This document shows, in pieces, positions 49,627 to 58,988 of a stretch of DNA of 64,000 bases (within the stretch, counting starts at the first letter, position 1; each line of letters opens with the position of its first letter). Under the pieces are notes generated by a model. It was not told where the DNA came from. It saw only the letters and a program-made list of their open reading frames with translations, and did not search any database. The DNA is from Terriglobia bacterium. GTDB taxonomy: Bacteria > Acidobacteriota > Polarisedimenticolia > Polarisedimenticolales > CAVOVZ01. Position numbers and translations under genes: made by a program. The stretch lies in the NCBI GenBank assembly GCA_963699985.1, contig CAVOVZ010000005.1:90462-154461 (forward strand). Reading direction: 5' to 3'.

Positions 49627-50419
49627 CTACTGCGCTGCGAGAACCTCCAGGATTCCTCGGGCGAAATCGGGAAGATCCTGCGGCTTGCGGCTGGAAACGA
49701 AGTGGCGATCGATCACCACGGGAGCGTCCTCCCAGATGGCGCCTGCGTTGACCAGGTCATCCTTGATGCCGAGAGATCCGGTCAGCCGAACACCGCCGCA
49801 GACGCCGGTCGAGATCAGAACCCAACCGCCGTGACAGATCGCCGATGTGAGTTTCCCCGCCGCCGCAATCTCTCGCACGAGGCCGAGAGCGTGAGGATCG
49901 CGTCGGAGCACGTCCGGCATGAACCCTCCGGGAACCACCACTCCGTCCAGCGACCGGACGTCCATCTCCCCGATCGCGAACTCGGCGTCGCAGGGGTATC
50001 CGTTCTTTCCCGCGTAGCGTCCACCCTTCGCCGGTCCTGCCACCAGGACTCGGACGCCCGCCTCCAGCAGCCGAAGCTTCGGATACCAGAGCTCCAGATC
50101 CTCTCAGAAAACAGAGGCTCGGGGGCTCTGCCCCCGAACCCCCGCTCCCGCCCTCCGCGACGCCGGCGGACCGGCATCGCTCCGGTTGGGCTTGTTTCTT
50201 CCCGGGGTGTCGGGGGAACGCCCGTGAGGCCGCTTTCAAAAAACAGATGCTCGGGGGCTCTGCCCCCGAACCCCCGCTCCCGCCCTCCGCGACGCCGGCG
50301 GACCGGCATCGCTCCGGTTGGGCTGTTTCCTCCCGAGGTGTCGGGGCGCAGCACCGCAAAGCAAGCTCGTAATCACCGCCCACGAACAGCAGGATTCTTC
50401 GCCCGCTCAGCGATCCCAT
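49627..50419 (-). pseudogene. pfpI: PfpI/DJ-1 family protein interrupted by a 265-bp insertion
   Basis: 50419-50366 encodes MGSLSGRRILLFVGGDYE; 50100-49627 continues DLELWYPKLRL...PGGFMPD...AICHGGW...SSRKPQDLP. Joined, they give an intact 175-aa protein. Confidence 0.85.
50101..50365 (-). mobile_element. Tandem pair (132 + 133 bp) of a non-coding structured repeat inserted in pfpI; probable non-autonomous mobile element
   Basis: Units are 50101-50232 and 50233-50365, with 76 bp identical (50117-50192 = 50249-50324). GAG is present at both gene junctions. Third copy at ~11007-11139. Confidence 0.8.
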
Positions 50420-50594
50420 TCGAGACCTCCCCCGTTTCTCCGGCGAGCGTCCCTGCCACCGATTCCGCACGCGGCGGCGCAGAATCCGCCGCAGAATCCG
50501 CTGATGACATCACCGCTCCAAGTCGAACAACAGTACATCAGGAATCCTCGAAACGTGAGAACGATCGGACCTAGGCAAAAACGGGGCGGTGAAT

Positions 50595-51317
50595 TCAGGG
50601 GAGCCCGTCCCGCGCGATGCCGGGCAGGCTGGAGAGATCCGCGATCTTCGGGAGCCCTGGAGGCAGACGGCGCCGACGGTCCACGAGCACGGCGTCGATC
50701 CCAGCGGCGTGGGCCCCGCAGAGGTCGATCTCCGGGACGTCTCCCACGTGAAGGGATTCTTCAGCGTGTGCGCCGAGGCTCGCGAGCGCACGGCGGAAGA
50801 TCTCCGGCTCGGGCTTTTCGATCCCCTCCAGATGCGAGATCGTGACGGTACTGAAGTGTTTGACCAGGTCCAGCATCTCCAGAATCCGTGGAAGCCGCGA
50901 GTCCCAGTTGGATACGATCCCGAGCCGCACGCCGTCCGCGCGAAGGGCAGCGAGGGCGGGGAACACGTCGTCGTAGACGCTCCAGGCGGCACGCGACCGG
51001 AACGCCTCGCGGAGACGCTCCAGGGCAGATTCCGCAAATTCATCGGAGACCGGTCGGTCGGATGCGCGCTCGATCGTTCCCCGGGCGAATCGGAGCCAGT
51101 AGCCTCTCTCCCCGTCGTCGAAATGGCGGTAGCGGTCGGCTCCGCGAGGTACGATCCGGTTCAGCTCATCCCACGTTTGCCGCAAAGCCGCTTCGAAGAC
51201 GTCGGAGGGCAATTCGAGGCCCATGGGCCCGAGCGCCCGTGCGTAGGTCGCGCCGAAGGACTCCCGCGGTCCGAGCAGCGTTTCGCCGGCATCGAAGAGA
51301 ACGAAGGGATAGCGCAT
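50595..51317 (-). CDS. HAD-superfamily hydrolase (subfamily IA, REG-2-like)
   Basis: FDAGETL, IVSNWD, EKPEPEIF and HVGD...DLCGAHAAG motifs. Confidence 0.88.
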   Translation of the reverse strand: MRYPFVLFDAGETLLGPRESFGATYARALGPMGLELPSDVFEAALRQTWDELNRIVPRGADRYRHFDDGERGYWLRFARGTIERASDRPVSDEFAESALERLREAFRSRAAWSVYDDVFPALAALRADGVRLGIVSNWDSRLPRILEMLDLVKHFSTVTISHLEGIEKPEPEIFRRALASLGAHAEESLHVGDVPEIDLCGAHAAGIDAVLVDRRRRLPPGLPKIADLSSLPGIARDGLP

Positions 51318-51620
51318 GGCGCTCCGGAGGCCGAGCCGAGAAAGGCCCTTCCGAGGGCGCGATCTCCGGCGGGCCGTGCGAACGGTCCCCGAGCAATGCC
51401 GGAGGACGTTTGAATGAAATCGGTATTGTAGTGCATCCGGGTCGCGCGGCCTCTTCCCCTCGGGTTCGAGGCGGTCTCCGTGACGCCCCGCCGGTCGCTC
51501 GAAAACGATGGAGAACGGCCGGCGTCGCAGGCCAACACCGCTCGTCGAACTCGTGGCCCGCCGAAACGCGCTTCATGACGACGCCACTGTCCGGGATGTC
51601 GAGATACACTCCGGATGCGC

Positions 51621-52292
51621 ATGGAATCCGAGCCGCCCGTCGAGACGCCGTACCGATTTCCGGGCTTCCGTGAGGAGGACTTCCGCGTCTTCGCCATCGC
51701 CGAAAGGGTCGCCCGGAGGCGCGCGATCTTGGACGCGTTTCACCCGCCGTTGAGGCTCCTCGCCGAGGACCTGCTCGAACGGCTCGGACCGAAGTGTGCG
51801 GCGCCACTCCACGCCCACCTGCCGAGGCTGGACTGGCCGGCCGGGTATCAGCCGTTCTGCACCTGGCTGGCCCTCTCTCGCGAGAAACACGGGTATCAGG
51901 CCGGGCCCCAGATCAACGTCGGGGTCCATGCCGACCACGTGGCGATCCGGCTCGGTTGGGATCCGGCGGCCGACGCCTTCGGACGCTTTCGTTTCCTGTG
52001 CCTCCATGCCGGTCTCGGCCCTACGTTCGTGACCGCTGCCGAGAAGCTCGCGCTGCGCTTCCGCGTGTACGCGGCGGCGTCGTGGCCCGAGGGATCGCGA
52101 CGGGTGTTCGAGGCGGAATCCGACATCCACGGAGCGTTTCGCGCGGTTGCTCGCAGCGGCGTGTGGTTTGAGCTGGGGGCTCGCCACGACCTGCCCGAGT
52201 CCCTCCCCCTGGTCACGACTCCGGCGCTGGCCCGGCGCGCGGTGGAGGTGGCGGTCGGGCTCCTGCCGCTCTACGAGCGGATCACCGGTTGA
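51621..52292 (+). CDS. Hypothetical protein (weak resemblance to DUF1054/YktB-like proteins)
   Basis: Globular composition; FPGFREEDFRVFAI...HPPLRLL...TWLAL pattern; fills the gap between HAD and the peptidase. Confidence 0.55.
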   Translation: MESEPPVETPYRFPGFREEDFRVFAIAERVARRRAILDAFHPPLRLLAEDLLERLGPKCAAPLHAHLPRLDWPAGYQPFCTWLALSREKHGYQAGPQINVGVHADHVAIRLGWDPAADAFGRFRFLCLHAGLGPTFVTAAEKLALRFRVYAAASWPEGSRRVFEAESDIHGAFRAVARSGVWFELGARHDLPESLPLVTTPALARRAVEVAVGLLPLYERITG

Positions 52293-52540
52293 GCAGGCCA
52301 ATCACTCGGATCCCGGACGACATCGACGGACTCCCGCGAACCGTCGCGTCCCCGTCGCATCGTGCGCCGCAGCGGCATCGACGGTGATCGCGGGCCGACG
52401 GTCGGAATTCAAGAAAAGACGGAGCAACGGACATCGATTCGACGCCTCGCCCGAGCTCGGACTGGACAGCTTGCGGAAACCAACGTACAACGTTCTACTG
52501 GCCATCCCGGCCAAGCTGACAGACCAAGGAGCATTTCAGG

Positions 52541-55500
52541 ATGCGCTTCACACGCACGCACGCCGCTCTCGTCACTCTTCTGGCCATTGCCCTGCCCGCG
52601 CATGCGCTGGTGGACCGAGGGGGAAGCAAGGACCCCCGCCGGATCGACCCGCGACGCCCCGAAGCACGGGCGGAGAGGCTGGACGTGGCCAATGCCACGG
52701 CCGAGTCCACGACGGCGGCGCGGGCGTTTCTCGCCCGCAGCGGAGGACGATGGGAGTTCTTCGTGGACCCGCGGACCGCGCGTGCGAGCCTCGTGCAGGG
52801 GGAGGGGATTCCCTTTCTTCCCGGTCCGGGCAACTCTCTTCCTCCTGAGGCGGCGCCGGCGGCTCTGCCCGGGGGCAAGCTGGACATCGACGCGATCGCG
52901 TCTTTCGCGGAAGCGTTCGTTCGGCAGAACGCCGAGCTCATCGGTCCGCCGGCCGGGAGCCTCGTGCTCGATCGCGACGCGAGCGGTGCGCTCGATGACG
53001 GGCGTCTCCTGAACGTCAACTACGACTGGTACCTCGGCAATGTGCCCGTGGAGGGCGCCGGGGTGTTCGTGCGGATCAACTCAGGCAACATCGTTCAGTT
53101 CGGCGCTCCTCTGGTCGGGCCGAGCGAAGTCGATCCGAATCCCACCGTGCGCGCCGAGGAGGCGGTACTTCGGCTCATGGTCCATTCCGGCGACGGGGAG
53201 CTGGCCCGCCTCCAGGCCGAGCCGCGCCTCACGATCCAGCCCGAAGACGGACCCGGTGGACGCCTGCTCTACCGCCTCGTCTGGGTCATCCGATACACGA
53301 TGACCGGCGGGATCGAAACCTGGGAAGGGCGAGTCGACGCGCATACGGGGCGAATCGTCGGGTTTCGCGACGCCAACGCGTACGGTCGCGTGACTGGCGG
53401 CGTGTATCCCCGCACGGTGATCGATCCGGAAGTCCGAGTACCGTTTCCGCACGCGCGGGTGGACGGCTCGCAGGTCTTCAACACGAACGTCGGGGGCGGG
53501 TACGCGTATGCCGGAGGAAGCGCCCAGTCCGGTCTGAACGGGCAGTACTTCGACACGGGCTGCCAGGGCTGCTCGAACCCGGCCCAGCCGTCGGTGTCCG
53601 TCGGTGTGGGGATCGGTTGGCTCGACTTCGGTCTCGGAGGCGTGGACGCCGTCGGAAATGGGACCTCGACACGCGCCGATCGAAACGCCTTCTATCACTT
53701 GACCCAGGTGCGTCGTGTCGGGAAGAAGTGGCTTCCCAATCTGTTCTTCCTGGGACGAGTCATGCCGGCCAACGTGAACATCCAGGATGTGTGCAACGCG
53801 TACTTCGACGGGAGCTCGGTCAACTTCTTCCGCTCCGGCGGCGGCTGCAACAACACCGGCGAGATCAGCGACGTGATGCAGCACGAGTGGGGGCACGGGC
53901 TCGACTACGGAACCCGCGCCGGCGACGGTGCCACCGGCGAAGGGACCGCGGACGTCGTCGCCCTCCACATGACCCACGATGCGTTGATGGGTCCGTACTT
54001 CGGCACGAACGGGGGCTACGTCCGTCACCTCGATCCTGCGGTCTCCGGGCTCTTGACCCGCACGAACATCGGATCCTACTGTCCCGGGGGAGGCGGTCCG
54101 CTCGGATACGAGGAGCACTGCGAGGGGGAGATCTACGGCCAGACGTCATGGGACCTCGCCCAGGCGCTCACCGCGAAGCACGGCCTCCACACGGGCTGGC
54201 GCACGTCCGAGCGCCTGTTCTTCGTCTCGTTGCCCAACGCCGGTTCGTACCTTCCCACCGGCACCTACCCGATCTACTCGGCGTATCTGGCCGCGGACGA
54301 CGACGATGGCAACCTGGCCAACGGAACGCCGAACGGCGCGGAGATCTACCAGGCGTTCAACCGACATGGGATCGCGGGCACGGCCGCCGTGTCGACGGCG
54401 GGCTGCGCGCGGCCGGCCCAGCCGAATCCCACCGTCAGCCCGCTGTGCGATCGAGTTGCCCTTTCGTGGGACGCGATCCCGGGCGCCAACCGCTACCAGG
54501 TCCTTCGCGCCGACGTACGCTCCGACACCGCCTACCTTCCCATCGCGACCGTGACCGGAGGGGCCACCACCTACGAAGATCGGGAGGTTGCCCCAGCGAC
54601 CGACTACTTCTACGTCGTGATGGCTCTCACCGCTTCGAACTGCGAGTCCAAGGTGGAGAACCCGATTCTTGCTCGCCTCCCCGCGCAGCCGATCCTCTCG
54701 GTGACGGCCGCGTCGGTGGACGACATGCCGAGGGGCAACCGCTCCGGCTATGCCGACCCCGGCGAAGAAGTCGATCTGCGAGTCACGCTGGCGAACGTCG
54801 GTGAGGTGACGGCGAGCGGCATTGCGGCGACATTGGTGGCGGTGACGCCCGGGGTCACCGTGCTGAACGCCACGGACGCGTGGCCCGGCATCTCGGTGAA
54901 CGGGACGGGAGCGAACCAGGGAATCCTCCGGTTCCGAACCGATCCGGCCCTGGTTGCTTGCGGGGCTCTGTTGCGCTTCCGGCTGGTGCCCAGCGACGGG
55001 AGCGGCTGCGCCACGGACGCGTCCTTCTTTGATGTGCGAATCGGTCAGACGCAGGGTGCGCAGACGGTGTGCGATCCGACCCCCGCGTGCTATGCGGCGC
55101 CGACCTTCGCCGGGGTCGCCTCGGCATCTCCCGGCGTCTCGTGCGGGGAAGCGGTGCTTTCCTGGGCGCCGGCCGCATCGAACTGTGCGAACGCGACACT
55201 CTCCTACAACGTCTACCGGGGAATTGTCCCCGGTTTCGCGCCGGGGCCTCAGTCCCTCGTGGCAGCGAACGTGGCCGCAGCGACGTTCACCGATACGGTT
55301 CTTGTGCCCGGTGCGACCTACCACTACGTCGTCCGGGCCCACGATTCCCGTTCCGGAGAAGAAGGCAACTCCGTGGCCGCCTCGGTCGTCGCCCCTTCGA
55401 GCCCCGACCTGGCCGCGCCGGTGTTCGCAGGGCTAGCCTCGGTCGTAGCCGGAGGTTCCTGCGGCGAGACGGCGCTCTCCTGGGCGCCAGCGCTCGAAAG

Positions 55501-56530
55501 CTGCGGCACCCCTGTCGCGTACGACGTGTTCCGCTCCACGGATCCGGCCTTCGTTCCGTCCGCGGCGACGCTCGTCGCGACGACTTTCTCGCCGTCCTAC
55601 ACCGATGCCGCGCTCACTCCGGGCGCGGCGTATCACTACCTGGTCCGGGCCAGGGATTCCGCCGGCAACGTGGATTCGAACCAGGTTCGGGCCAGTGCGG
55701 CGGCGACGGTGACCGACCGACTCATCGTGCACGAGGACTTCGAAACGAGCGATGGGGGCTGGACGCCGATCGCTCCCAACGACGCGGTGTCCGGGCGGTT
55801 CGAGTGGGGCGATCCGGAAGGAACCGGAGTGCAGCCCGAGAACGACCACACTCCCGGGTCCGGAACCAAGTGCTGGATGACGGGGCTCGCCGCGCTGGGC
55901 GGTCCGGGGAACAACGACGTGGATGACGGCCTGACGACGATCCGCTCGCCGCGGTACGACCTGACGGGAACCGTGGCCCCGTACGTCCGGTACGCGCGTT
56001 TCTTCAGCAACGATCAGGGATCACGACCGTCCGAGGACCCCCTGCTCGTGCACGTGAGCACCAACGACGGCACGACCTGGGCCGTCTTCGAGAACGTGAG
56101 CACGTCCTCGTTCGACTGGATCGTCTTCGAGAAGAACCTCGTGCAGACGCCGACGGCGAACATGCGGTTCCGGTTCCAGACCCGCGACTACCTGAATCAG
56201 GCATCGCTGGTGGAGGCCGGGTTCGACGATTTCGAGATCTGGGATCGCAACCAGGGCTGCTCCGGTTGCGCGAGCCCATCGCCGACCGTGGGCACCATTC
56301 TCGTCTCTCGCTCCGGCGGGGACATCGTCCTCGACTGGTCCGCCGATCCCGTTCTCGCCGCTCGCTTCGTGGTCTACGAGCTCTCCGGTCCGGACTTCGC
56401 GACCGCCGTGCGGGTGGGCACCACGTCGAGCCGCACGTTCGTGCATGCGGGAGCCGCGTTCTCCGGGGAGGATTTCTACTACCGCGTTGCCGCGGTCAAT
56501 GCGTGCGGGACCGAGTCGGCGCTGCACTGA
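52541..56530 (+). CDS. Large secreted M4/M36-like zinc metallopeptidase with propeptide, FN3-like repeats and a MAM-like domain
   Basis: Signal peptide; PepSY-like WEGRVDAHTG; CNAYF; HEWGH...EGTAD; EEHCEGEI; several Y-x-Y-x-V-x-A FN3 strands; EDFETSDGGW...VSTNDGTTW...MRFRF. Possible promoter TGGACA-N17-TACAAC at 52463-52491. Confidence 0.85.
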   Translation: MRFTRTHAALVTLLAIALPAHALVDRGGSKDPRRIDPRRPEARAERLDVANATAESTTAARAFLARSGGRWEFFVDPRTARASLVQGEGIPFLPGPGNSLPPEAAPAALPGGKLDIDAIASFAEAFVRQNAELIGPPAGSLVLDRDASGALDDGRLLNVNYDWYLGNVPVEGAGVFVRINSGNIVQFGAPLVGPSEVDPNPTVRAEEAVLRLMVHSGDGELARLQAEPRLTIQPEDGPGGRLLYRLVWVIRYTMTGGIETWEGRVDAHTGRIVGFRDANAYGRVTGGVYPRTVIDPEVRVPFPHARVDGSQVFNTNVGGGYAYAGGSAQSGLNGQYFDTGCQGCSNPAQPSVSVGVGIGWLDFGLGGVDAVGNGTSTRADRNAFYHLTQVRRVGKKWLPNLFFLGRVMPANVNIQDVCNAYFDGSSVNFFRSGGGCNNTGEISDVMQHEWGHGLDYGTRAGDGATGEGTADVVALHMTHDALMGPYFGTNGGYVRHLDPAVSGLLTRTNIGSYCPGGGGPLGYEEHCEGEIYGQTSWDLAQALTAKHGLHTGWRTSERLFFVSLPNAGSYLPTGTYPIYSAYLAADDDDGNLANGTPNGAEIYQAFNRHGIAGTAAVSTAGCARPAQPNPTVSPLCDRVALSWDAIPGANRYQVLRADVRSDTAYLPIATVTGGATTYEDREVAPATDYFYVVMALTASNCESKVENPILARLPAQPILSVTAASVDDMPRGNRSGYADPGEEVDLRVTLANVGEVTASGIAATLVAVTPGVTVLNATDAWPGISVNGTGANQGILRFRTDPALVACGALLRFRLVPSDGSGCATDASFFDVRIGQTQGAQTVCDPTPACYAAPTFAGVASASPGVSCGEAVLSWAPAASNCANATLSYNVYRGIVPGFAPGPQSLVAANVAAATFTDTVLVPGATYHYVVRAHDSRSGEEGNSVAASVVAPSSPDLAAPVFAGLASVVAGGSCGETALSWAPALESCGTPVAYDVFRSTDPAFVPSAATLVATTFSPSYTDAALTPGAAYHYLVRARDSAGNVDSNQVRASAAATVTDRLIVHEDFETSDGGWTPIAPNDAVSGRFEWGDPEGTGVQPENDHTPGSGTKCWMTGLAALGGPGNNDVDDGLTTIRSPRYDLTGTVAPYVRYARFFSNDQGSRPSEDPLLVHVSTNDGTTWAVFENVSTSSFDWIVFEKNLVQTPTANMRFRFQTRDYLNQASLVEAGFDDFEIWDRNQGCSGCASPSPTVGTILVSRSGGDIVLDWSADPVLAARFVVYELSGPDFATAVRVGTTSSRTFVHAGAAFSGEDFYYRVAAVNACGTESALH

Positions 56531-56659
56531 ACCGGGGTGAATCGAGGATCGGAGAGCCGCGGTCGCGCATCGAGCCCGCGCGGGGGATGTCCTGCCCTCG
56601 CGCACTCGGACCGAGCACGAGCCCGGCGGTTTCGGATGAAGCGCAGAGGAATCCGCCGA

Positions 56660-57064
56660 TCAGCGGGCTGGAGGCGCCTCGGTCAGGAGGCGCCGCTCGT
56701 CATCATGGTCTAGGCGGCGAAGAGCGTCGGCGCGGGTCAGCCACACGACCTCGTCCACCTCCTCGCCGGGGACGAACGTGCTCTCACCGCGAGCCTCCAT
56801 GTTCCAGAAGAGCACGATTTTCGGGATGCCGAGAATCTCGTAGCAGACCAGCCCCGCGAACTCGCCCAGTTCGGCGTTGTATCCGGTTTCCTCGCGGACT
56901 TCCCGGAGCGCCGCGTCCTGCCATTGCTCTCCGGGGTCGAGTTTCCCCTTCGGGAGGACCCAGTCACCGTGGCGCGGGCGATGCACGACGGCGAGTCGCT
57001 TCCCGTCGGGCCCGTCCCTCCAGAGAATTCCCCCCGCCGCGAAGATCGCATCGAGCCTGGCCAT
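56660..57064 (-). CDS. NUDIX hydrolase
   Basis: Nudix box PKGKLDPGEQWQDAALREVREETG; AAGGIL and HRPRHGDW. Confidence 0.9.
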   Translation of the reverse strand: MARLDAIFAAGGILWRDGPDGKRLAVVHRPRHGDWVLPKGKLDPGEQWQDAALREVREETGYNAELGEFAGLVCYEILGIPKIVLFWNMEARGESTFVPGEEVDEVVWLTRADALRRLDHDDERRLLTEAPPAR

Positions 57065-57107
57065 CTTCCGGTTCCTCCGCCACGGTCGTGCGCCGCGCGC
57101 TCCCGGC

Positions 57108-58988
57108 TCACCTTTTCGTTGCTTCTCCATCCTTCGCCCGTCCAGCCTCGGCGAGAGCGGCCGCGAGATCCCGCCGCGCGCGCGGGTCTTCCCGGATCCG
57201 CAGCGCGATCTGGAACTGGGTCGCCGCCTCCGCAAGCCGTCCCTGTTTCCGGATCGCGACTCCCAGGTTGTACGAAGCCTCGAACGATTCGGGGGCTAGC
57301 CGCAACGCCTCCCGGTACTCCGCCTCGGCCTCGGGGACTCGTCCCTGCCGGAGCCGGAGAGTTCCGAGGTTGTTGTGAGGTTCCGGGAGCCACGGTGCCA
57401 GACGCGTCGCCTCAACGAGCCGAGCCTCCGCCTCCGGCAGCCTCCCTTCTCGCGCCAGGAGGATCCCCTCGGTATCGAGCAGGTCGGCAAGGCTCGACTT
57501 GGCGTCGTGGTATTCCGGCACCAGCCGCAGGGCGGTCTCGAGGTGCTCTTTCGCCGGACCGAGCTCGTTCCGCCGCTTGAGGACGATGCCGAGGTTCACG
57601 TGTGCCGCAGCGAAGGAGGGTCGAATCTCGATGGCGCGTCGGAACTCGGCGCCTGCCCGCTCGAGCTCCGCTCGATCGAGGTAGACCACACCGAGGTTGT
57701 TGTGGAGGAGGGCGTTGTCCTGCGTCACGCGAAGGGAGTGGGTGTACAGCGATTCGGCGTCCCGCCATGCGCCGGCCTGCACCCACGCGGTTGCCCCGAG
57801 TGCCGCGATGACGGAAATCGCCCCCGACACGAACCAGCTTCGCAGTCTCGGTCGCGCCGCGACGAGGTCCGCCGCCGCCCACACGGTCGCGATGTAGATC
57901 CCGACGAGAGGTAGGTACGCGTACCGGTCGGCCCATGCCTGCATGCCGACCTGCACGATTCCGATCACCGGAACGAGGGTGCCGACGTACCAGAGCCAGC
58001 CCACGGCGAGGTAAGGCTTCCGCCTCGCGGCCACAGCCGCGACGACGGTGCCCGTCACGAGGGCCGCCGCGCCGCCGACAGCGCCGGCTGCCAGACGCGC
58101 GCCGCCCGAAGGAAGGAATCCGGGGTGCGGGTAGAAGACCGCCAGGCCCGATGGCCACACGGTGCGCGCGAGATAAATCCCGTAACTCGAGAGCGCGTTC
58201 GCGAGGCGGGAGAGAACCGGGAGGCTCGCGAGCGACGATGCGGCTCCGCCGCGGGCCTGCGCCGCGATCGTGACCACGGACGAGACGCCCACCAGAGCAA
58301 GGAGAGGGAGCTTCTCGAGAAGGTTGCGCCCCAGGGCGCTCGCCGTGATCCCCTCGATCCGGAGCCGCCTCAGGGGCCAGACATCGAGGAGCACCAGGAC
58401 GAACGGAAGCGTCACCAGCATCGGCTTCGCCATGAGACCGAGGGCAACCAGCGCGAAGACTGCGCCGTACCTCCACCTCGTCGGCGTCTGCGCGTATGCG
58501 GCCCACGCGAGCAGCGCGGCGAGCCAGAAGAGCCCCGAGAGGACATCCTTCCGTTCGGCGACCCAGGCGACCGACTCGACCCGCAGCGGATGCACGGCAA
58601 AGAGCGCCGCGACGATGGCCGGGGGCGCGAGAGCGCCGGTCATCCTGCGCAGCGCGAGGAAGAGGAGCACCGCGTTCGCGGCGTGAAGGAGCACGCTGCT
58701 CAGGTGGTGCCCGGCGGGGCGCAGCCCGAAGATCTCCACGTCGAGCATGTGGGAGAGCCAGGTCAAAGGATGCCAGTTTCCTTCGTAGCCGAAGCTATCA
58801 ACGAAGGCCCAGCGAGTCCCGTCCCACGTGATGCCGGCCTGGACCTGCGGGTTCGCCGTGACGTACGGCTCATCGTCGAGTCCGACGAACCCGTACGCGA
58901 GAACCCGGCCGTAAAGGGCCAGCACCAGCGCCACCAGACCGACGCAGATCCACAGCGAGGGACGGAGGCCGGCGCCCGGTCCGTTCAA
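57108..58988 (-). CDS. TMTC-like GT-C glycosyltransferase with C-terminal TPR repeats
   Basis: TM1 then LDD, WHPLTWLS, HPLRVESVAWVAERKD, KPMLV and ADRYAYLP; multi-TM body; about five TPRs; TTGA overlap with the truA stop. Confidence 0.85.
   Translation of the reverse strand: MNGPGAGLRPSLWICVGLVALVLALYGRVLAYGFVGLDDEPYVTANPQVQAGITWDGTRWAFVDSFGYEGNWHPLTWLSHMLDVEIFGLRPAGHHLSSVLLHAANAVLLFLALRRMTGALAPPAIVAALFAVHPLRVESVAWVAERKDVLSGLFWLAALLAWAAYAQTPTRWRYGAVFALVALGLMAKPMLVTLPFVLVLLDVWPLRRLRIEGITASALGRNLLEKLPLLALVGVSSVVTIAAQARGGAASSLASLPVLSRLANALSSYGIYLARTVWPSGLAVFYPHPGFLPSGGARLAAGAVGGAAALVTGTVVAAVAARRKPYLAVGWLWYVGTLVPVIGIVQVGMQAWADRYAYLPLVGIYIATVWAAADLVAARPRLRSWFVSGAISVIAALGATAWVQAGAWRDAESLYTHSLRVTQDNALLHNNLGVVYLDRAELERAGAEFRRAIEIRPSFAAAHVNLGIVLKRRNELGPAKEHLETALRLVPEYHDAKSSLADLLDTEGILLAREGRLPEAEARLVEATRLAPWLPEPHNNLGTLRLRQGRVPEAEAEYREALRLAPESFEASYNLGVAIRKQGRLAEAATQFQIALRIREDPRARRDLAAALAEAGRAKDGEATKR

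Noticed and set aside
50101-50365. CRISPR array, hammerhead ribozyme or group II intron remnant
   Set aside because: Only two units with ~115-bp repeats and no cas genes. GAAAC and CTGAGAG are present but not in a conserved hammerhead core, since the other copies read TTGAAAG and TTGAGAC. No domain V consensus.
49757-50470. ORFs of 237 aa and 179 aa reading through the repeat as an in-frame peptide insertion
   Set aside because: Both leave the insert in the wrong frame for PfpI, and the correct frame has TGA right at the junction.
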